Shown here in pieces: positions 49,332 through 53,614 of a stretch of DNA of 53,614 nucleotides. The stretch spans positions 1 to 53,614 of the IMG/VR virus record IMGVR_UViG_3300017774_002291; one strand, written 5' to 3'. Position 1 is the stretch's first letter; each line of letters starts with the position of its first letter. Source of the DNA: a virus (Duplodnaviria; Caudoviricetes). Made by a program: the position numbers and the translations under genes. Under the pieces are notes generated by a model. The model had not been told where the DNA came from. It made no database searches and was given only the letters and a program-made list of their open reading frames with translations.

Positions 49332-51545
49332 TTAATATGTGTATGTCGGGTTAGATGATGTCACTACGTTGTTTACAACAGTAACCGCGGTGATGTTATA
49401 TAAACCATCTGAAACACCATTAGTAATTGTTGACGATTTTATAACATATGATGTTGTATTTCCCGGGTCTGTTTGAAATAGTTTATAATCATACACTAAT
49501 ATATTTTTATTAAAAATATTTTTAGACGAATTATCATTAAGTGGTGACCCGATAGATGAATAGTTACAAGTTATAGCCGATAGTGAGGGAATAATTGTGT
49601 ATGGATAACTATTTCCAGAATAAGGTATTGTCTCCGTTAAATACTTTGTAATCCGATAATTTGAGTTAATAGTTTGTGCGGTAAGTGAAGTATTAAAAGA
49701 ATATGTGTAACTATATCTATTAATTGGTGATATGGCTCTTGAACTCGTTGATGTTGAGTAACTACTAACATTTGTTGACCCGGTTGAGGATGGGTTTATA
49801 ATGTTTCTTATATAAATTAATTGTCCAAGACAAGTATCACAAGGTAAAAAAGACATTCCAATTGATATTGTTGGCATAGTAAAACTTAAGGTATAATTGC
49901 TTGTAAACCCTGTAGTTACAACACTACTATAGTGTATATTATATGGTACAAAAGTTGTTCCGTCACCACACACCTCACTTCCAATAGAAGTAGGTATTCT
50001 TAAAATAAAATAACGGTAATAACGAATGTCTGTGTTATCATAAGGTGTTCCTGAATAAGTTAAAGAAGTTAAATATGAGTTATAATAAGCCGAAAAATCA
50101 GATAAATCAGTAAATGTCATATTAATTACTCCTGAACCACCACCCCCCGAGTTAGATTTATTAAACGTTATTGTTCCACTACCTGGCGTTGGTATACAAC
50201 CATCTCCAGAAGGTGTAATTATTGGTGACTGACCACCACAATCGGTACGAGGAACAGACAGTACAGTAAATGTCGATATAAGTGTGTTATTGTTGGTACC
50301 AAAAGTAGCGTTTTCGGTACCGAGATAGACATCTACGTAACTATATGCACCGGCAGTTGTTCTCATATATCTACTAATGGAAGAACCTGATATAGAATTA
50401 TAAGAACACCCTGATAAACTAAGATTTATCACTGTAGTGCACGAGCCTGATACCGCATTTAGTGACGACAATTGTATTTTATATGGTTTATTTAAATAAT
50501 CGTTGTAACATAATGAACAATCAAATGTGGGTAAACACGTAAAATAAAAATCCCAATTTGTTTGAGGATTTAATGGATTCGGTATCACTTCTAACGTTAA
50601 ATAATCATTAGTGTTTCTTGTCAACCCTGTTAAACAAGTAACTTTAGAAAAATAATTATTATTATCTAATTGTTTAAAGGTTTTTGGGTTAATAGATAAA
50701 GAAAAATCGGTATCTAAAACATTTGAGCCAACATCATAATTCTCTAATATAATTGGTTGATAACCATACGCTAAACCATAATACGTTATTTTAAGTGTAT
50801 CGGACACATCAAACCCATTGAATTTCCAAGCAAAATAATTAGTTGTTGCCGCAGAAATTTCAAAAGTTGACGATAATTTTAAAGGTATCACACCAACAGA
50901 TGCACCCGAAAAATTAACTCTATGTGTATAATCTCCCGACTCAGTACCATTATTACATCTAAATGGTGCCACAGTAATCTCCGTTGTATTAAAACATGAT
51001 AAATTAGCCTGAATAAAACCTGTTCCACCCGTTTGTGAATATTTTAACCCATTTAGTTTGATTCTATCGACAACGGGTCTATATGTTCCCGCTGGTTGCA
51101 TTGGTGATGTGTTACCAACTAGTGGGTGTGTAAAATTGTATGGGGTAAATTCAGCACCATGTCCTGATGTAAAAACGGGTGTTGTGAAATCAGGACTTTT
51201 ATACCAATTTATTGTATAATCAGTTATATTGTTACTACAACTACCGGTTAAATTTCCAGCAACTATTCGACTAATTATACTTGTTGAATAAGTGTCGAAA
51301 GCTAAATTACACGTAGTACACAAATTATTACAAGTAAGTACAACATTACAACAAAAATTGTTTGCTGATGTTAATTTTATTGTTGTGGTACCATCGGGTA
51401 TTCCTGTTAAAACTAAAGGACAAGTTGTTATTTGAGTTAACGTAACTGCGGTTATTACCGTACCACCTAATGTGGTAATAGTGATTGGACCTGTTAATAC
51501 TGATGTTCCTGTATATGATAAACAAGTTGAAGCTGAAAATGGCAT
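49332..51545 (-). CDS. Cys/Thr/Ser-rich putative virion protein, paralog of 45436-47637
   Basis: 737 aa; NNLCTTCNLAFDTYSTSIISRIVAGNLTGSC vs NNICLNCNIGLSLYSATTVSRLYGGILTGTC. Confidence 0.65.
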   Translation of the reverse strand: MPFSASTCLSYTGTSVLTGPITITTLGGTVITAVTLTQITTCPLVLTGIPDGTTTIKLTSANNFCCNVVLTCNNLCTTCNLAFDTYSTSIISRIVAGNLTGSCSNNITDYTINWYKSPDFTTPVFTSGHGAEFTPYNFTHPLVGNTSPMQPAGTYRPVVDRIKLNGLKYSQTGGTGFIQANLSCFNTTEITVAPFRCNNGTESGDYTHRVNFSGASVGVIPLKLSSTFEISAATTNYFAWKFNGFDVSDTLKITYYGLAYGYQPIILENYDVGSNVLDTDFSLSINPKTFKQLDNNNYFSKVTCLTGLTRNTNDYLTLEVIPNPLNPQTNWDFYFTCLPTFDCSLCYNDYLNKPYKIQLSSLNAVSGSCTTVINLSLSGCSYNSISGSSISRYMRTTAGAYSYVDVYLGTENATFGTNNNTLISTFTVLSVPRTDCGGQSPIITPSGDGCIPTPGSGTITFNKSNSGGGGSGVINMTFTDLSDFSAYYNSYLTSLTYSGTPYDNTDIRYYRYFILRIPTSIGSEVCGDGTTFVPYNIHYSSVVTTGFTSNYTLSFTMPTISIGMSFLPCDTCLGQLIYIRNIINPSSTGSTNVSSYSTSTSSRAISPINRYSYTYSFNTSLTAQTINSNYRITKYLTETIPYSGNSYPYTIIPSLSAITCNYSSIGSPLNDNSSKNIFNKNILVYDYKLFQTDPGNTTSYVIKSSTITNGVSDGLYNITAVTVVNNVVTSSNPTYTY

Positions 51546-51570
51546 ATTATTTTATATTTTATATTTTATT

Positions 51571-52620
51571 TTAACACACGGTATTTGAGAAACTATATCC
51601 AGACATACCACTAGTAAGACAAATTGATGGTACGGAAGATGACGGTGTGATTGTTGGTGTCGGTGTGATTGTTGGTGTTGGTGTTTTTGTCATTGTTGGT
51701 GTTGGAGTCACTGTTTTAGTTGGTGTTTGTGTTGGTGTTTTTGTCATTGTTGGTGTTGGTGTTGGTGTTAATTGAATTTGGCAATTAATACAAGAACCAT
51801 CTTCATATACGAATCCGTAAGACCCTGTATCATATGTTAAAACATTTAGTGGTGAATCATCTGTTGTACCTAAATAAGCAACACATTTCTTTTGACCATT
51901 AACGGTTACACCATAAACAGCAAATTTTTCCAATACTTTTGGACTTGGTAAATCAAATTTTAATGTATAATAGAACGTACTTGAGTTATAACAATCTTGG
52001 AACTTTAAACTACCCGGACAAATAATTTGACCGATAATTGGTGTATATTCCATAAATCCTGTTAGTGGGCAATCTCTTGGGATTAATCTTGAGTAAAAAG
52101 GTAATCTACTTCTTAAATTATTATCATCATACATTGTTGGTGTTACTGTAGGTGTTGGTGTGGGTGTCGGTGTGTAAGTATATCCATTACCATCAATACC
52201 TATGATTGAACATGGGTTGGTTGATGATGGTGTGACTGTAGGTGTGGGAGTAAAACTTGCACTTGGTGTGGGTGTTGGTGTTGGAATAAAATCACAATTA
52301 AAAATTGCTGTAAAATCTAATACATCACAATTTTTTGTTGGAGTTGGTGTTGGTGTTGGACAAGTACCACTAAAAACATAGATACTTGATAAATCGGGGC
52401 AAGTACTAACACAAGGGTATTTTCCTGTTAAATAACAAGAACCACCTAGTGTGTTGGACAAACACCAATAATTTGTTGTACCCGTGTAATAATATATTTT
52501 CCAAGAGTTAGTTTGACCTGTCCAATAAGAACGTCCATTATATGTTCCTCCGGTTATGTAGTTATCGTCAGCACCAACTAATCCGGTGTTATTTATACAG
52601 TATGTTGAATTACAAGACAT
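51571..52620 (-). CDS. Cys-rich protein with four Thr/Pro tracts (putative appendage)
   Basis: 349 aa; small Cys-containing domains separated by PTPTPT linkers. Confidence 0.65.
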   Translation of the reverse strand: MSCNSTYCINNTGLVGADDNYITGGTYNGRSYWTGQTNSWKIYYYTGTTNYWCLSNTLGGSCYLTGKYPCVSTCPDLSSIYVFSGTCPTPTPTPTKNCDVLDFTAIFNCDFIPTPTPTPSASFTPTPTVTPSSTNPCSIIGIDGNGYTYTPTPTPTPTVTPTMYDDNNLRSRLPFYSRLIPRDCPLTGFMEYTPIIGQIICPGSLKFQDCYNSSTFYYTLKFDLPSPKVLEKFAVYGVTVNGQKKCVAYLGTTDDSPLNVLTYDTGSYGFVYEDGSCINCQIQLTPTPTPTMTKTPTQTPTKTVTPTPTMTKTPTPTITPTPTITPSSSVPSICLTSGMSGYSFSNTVC

Positions 52621-52656
52621 ATTATTTTTTCATTATAATTTATTTTTTAACAACAT

Positions 52657-53614
52657 TTAGCTTATTATATTAATTGTGCCTGCCATACTAGAATGGTATT
52701 GACAATTGTAATAAAGAGTGGAAGGTGCGCCAAATGGAACAATAAATGTTATTGTTCCATTATCAGTTCCATTATTAGTTACTCCAGTATTATATTGATT
52801 TCCAGTACCCGTTGAACTTACAGTTTTAATCCAAAACGGATGACCACTTGCATTTATATTAAATGTGTATGTTTGACCTTCTGTTAGTGTCAAAGTTGGA
52901 TTAGAACTTCCGTTTATAATATATGTTGCTGAACCACTGTTCGTTACAGTAAATACTGTAGCAACGGAAGTTGGTGTGTTAGTATTGGTTGGTGTTACGG
53001 TTTTTGTTGGTGTTACAGTTGTTGTTGGTGTAACAGTTGGTGTTCTTGTTTGTGTTGGTGTTATACTTGGTGTTATACTTGGAGTAACCGTTGGTGTTCT
53101 TGTTTGTGTTGGTGTTACCGATGGTGTATTTGTTGGAGTACTTGTATTAGTCGGAGTTACCGATGGTGTTTGAGTGTTTGTTGGTGTTATAGATGGTGTT
53201 TGAGTATTAGTAGGTGTTACCGATGGTGTATTTGTTGGAGTACTTGTATTAGTCGGAGTTACCGATGGTGTTTGAGTGTTTGTTGGTGTTATAGATGGTG
53301 TTTGAGTGTTTGTTGGTGTTATAGATGGTGTTTGAGTGTTTGTTGGTGTTATAGATGGTGTTTGAGTATTAGTAGGTGTGTTTGTTGGTGTTTGAGTATT
53401 AGTAGGTGTGTTAGTTGGGGTTTGAGTGTTTGTTGGTGTTACCGATGGTGTTTGAGTATTAGTAGGTGTGTTAGTTGGTGTAACTGTGTTTGTTGGTGTA
53501 GGATTTGGAGAGGGTAATGGTCCTATTAAGATATTTGAGATTGAAATGCAACCATTATCATCAACAACTTTTAAATTATATGATGGTTGGTTTTCCATTA
53601 TTGACGGAACCTGA
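52657..53614 (-). CDS. Thr/Pro-stalk protein with C-terminal cupredoxin-like domain (5'-truncated by window edge)
   Basis: Frame is open to the window end (QVPSI before M53598); long TPTNTQTPS stalk; C-terminal [14 protein letters not shown]...GHPF...[17 protein letters not shown]. Confidence 0.75.
   Translation of the reverse strand, partial: QVPSIMENQPSYNLKVVDDNGCISISNILIGPLPSPNPTPTNTVTPTNTPTNTQTPSVTPTNTQTPTNTPTNTQTPTNTPTNTQTPSITPTNTQTPSITPTNTQTPSITPTNTQTPSVTPTNTSTPTNTPSVTPTNTQTPSITPTNTQTPSVTPTNTSTPTNTPSVTPTQTRTPTVTPSITPSITPTQTRTPTVTPTTTVTPTKTVTPTNTNTPTSVATVFTVTNSGSATYIINGSSNPTLTLTEGQTYTFNINASGHPFWIKTVSSTGTGNQYNTGVTNNGTDNGTITFIVPFGAPSTLYYNCQYHSSMAGTINIIS
52988..53118 (-). repeat. 131-bp inverted repeat, copy B (partner 39469-39599)
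   Basis: Encodes the same [44 protein letters not shown] peptide as copy A. Confidence 0.92.
53111..53500 (-). repeat. Nested tandem repeats in Thr/Pro stalk (30-nt units; 95-nt exact duplication with 102-nt period)
   Basis: TGTTGGTGTTATAGATGGTGTTTGAGTGTT units at ~53281-53367; 53111-53205 repeated exactly at 53213-53307. Confidence 0.88.

Noticed and set aside
11894-52656. tRNA or structured ncRNA in intergenic gaps
   Set aside because: Gaps are short (about 110 nt or less), AT-rich, and show no cloverleaf or T-loop motifs.
39469-53118. Diversity-generating retroelement TR/VR pair as an explanation of the repeat
   Set aside because: No reverse transcriptase in the window; the mismatches are synonymous, not consistently at adenines, and lie in a stalk rather than a C-terminal variable region.
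52976-53517. Plus-strand ORFs 52976-53173 and 53050-53517
   Set aside because: Same artefact: reverse complement of the TPT repeats.
2-53614. Stop-codon reassignment as in some large phages
   Set aside because: Genes are full length and densely packed in the standard code; TAG ends recA, nrdA and one ORF at sensible positions. No TGA stops were seen among called genes, but no in-frame TGA is needed either.

Overview
AT-rich, gene-dense segment of a large contractile-tailed (myovirus, T4-like or jumbo-type) phage genome, read in the standard code. Several lines of evidence suggest a Bacteroidota host (inference). Layout: (1) 1-12.8 kb, + strand baseplate and tail genes: a tube-initiator-like protein with an OmpA-like insert, a LysM/gpX protein and a 2240-aa hub-like protein. 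(2) 12.9-21.6 kb, a replication/recombination block bounded by terminators and opened by a near-consensus sigma70 promoter: gp32-like SSB, HNH endonuclease, RecA/UvsX, 5'-3' exonuclease, DnaB-like helicase, nrdB, nrdA. (3) 21.7-40.3 kb, more + strand baseplate genes (gp25-like, gp6/J-like, P2 gpI-like), ending in a SprB-repeat, Thr/Pro-stalk fibre protein. (4) 40.4-53.6 kb, - strand RuvC-like resolvase, GIY-YIG endonuclease and a cluster of Cys/Thr/Ser-rich appendage proteins, the last ending in a cupredoxin-like domain. Most notable observation: a 131-bp in-frame inverted repeat (128/131 identical; 39469-39599 and 52988-53118) is shared by two oppositely oriented fibre genes. Recombination across it would invert about 13.4 kb and swap their C-terminal tips. 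Other highlights are SprB adhesin repeats in phage proteins, a putative type-1 copper site on a fibre tip, a recurrent hydrophobic-[ST]-[GA]-x-[ST] motif enriched in virion proteins, and a TATTTAT[AT] candidate late promoter. All family calls come from motif recognition by eye; no searches were run.
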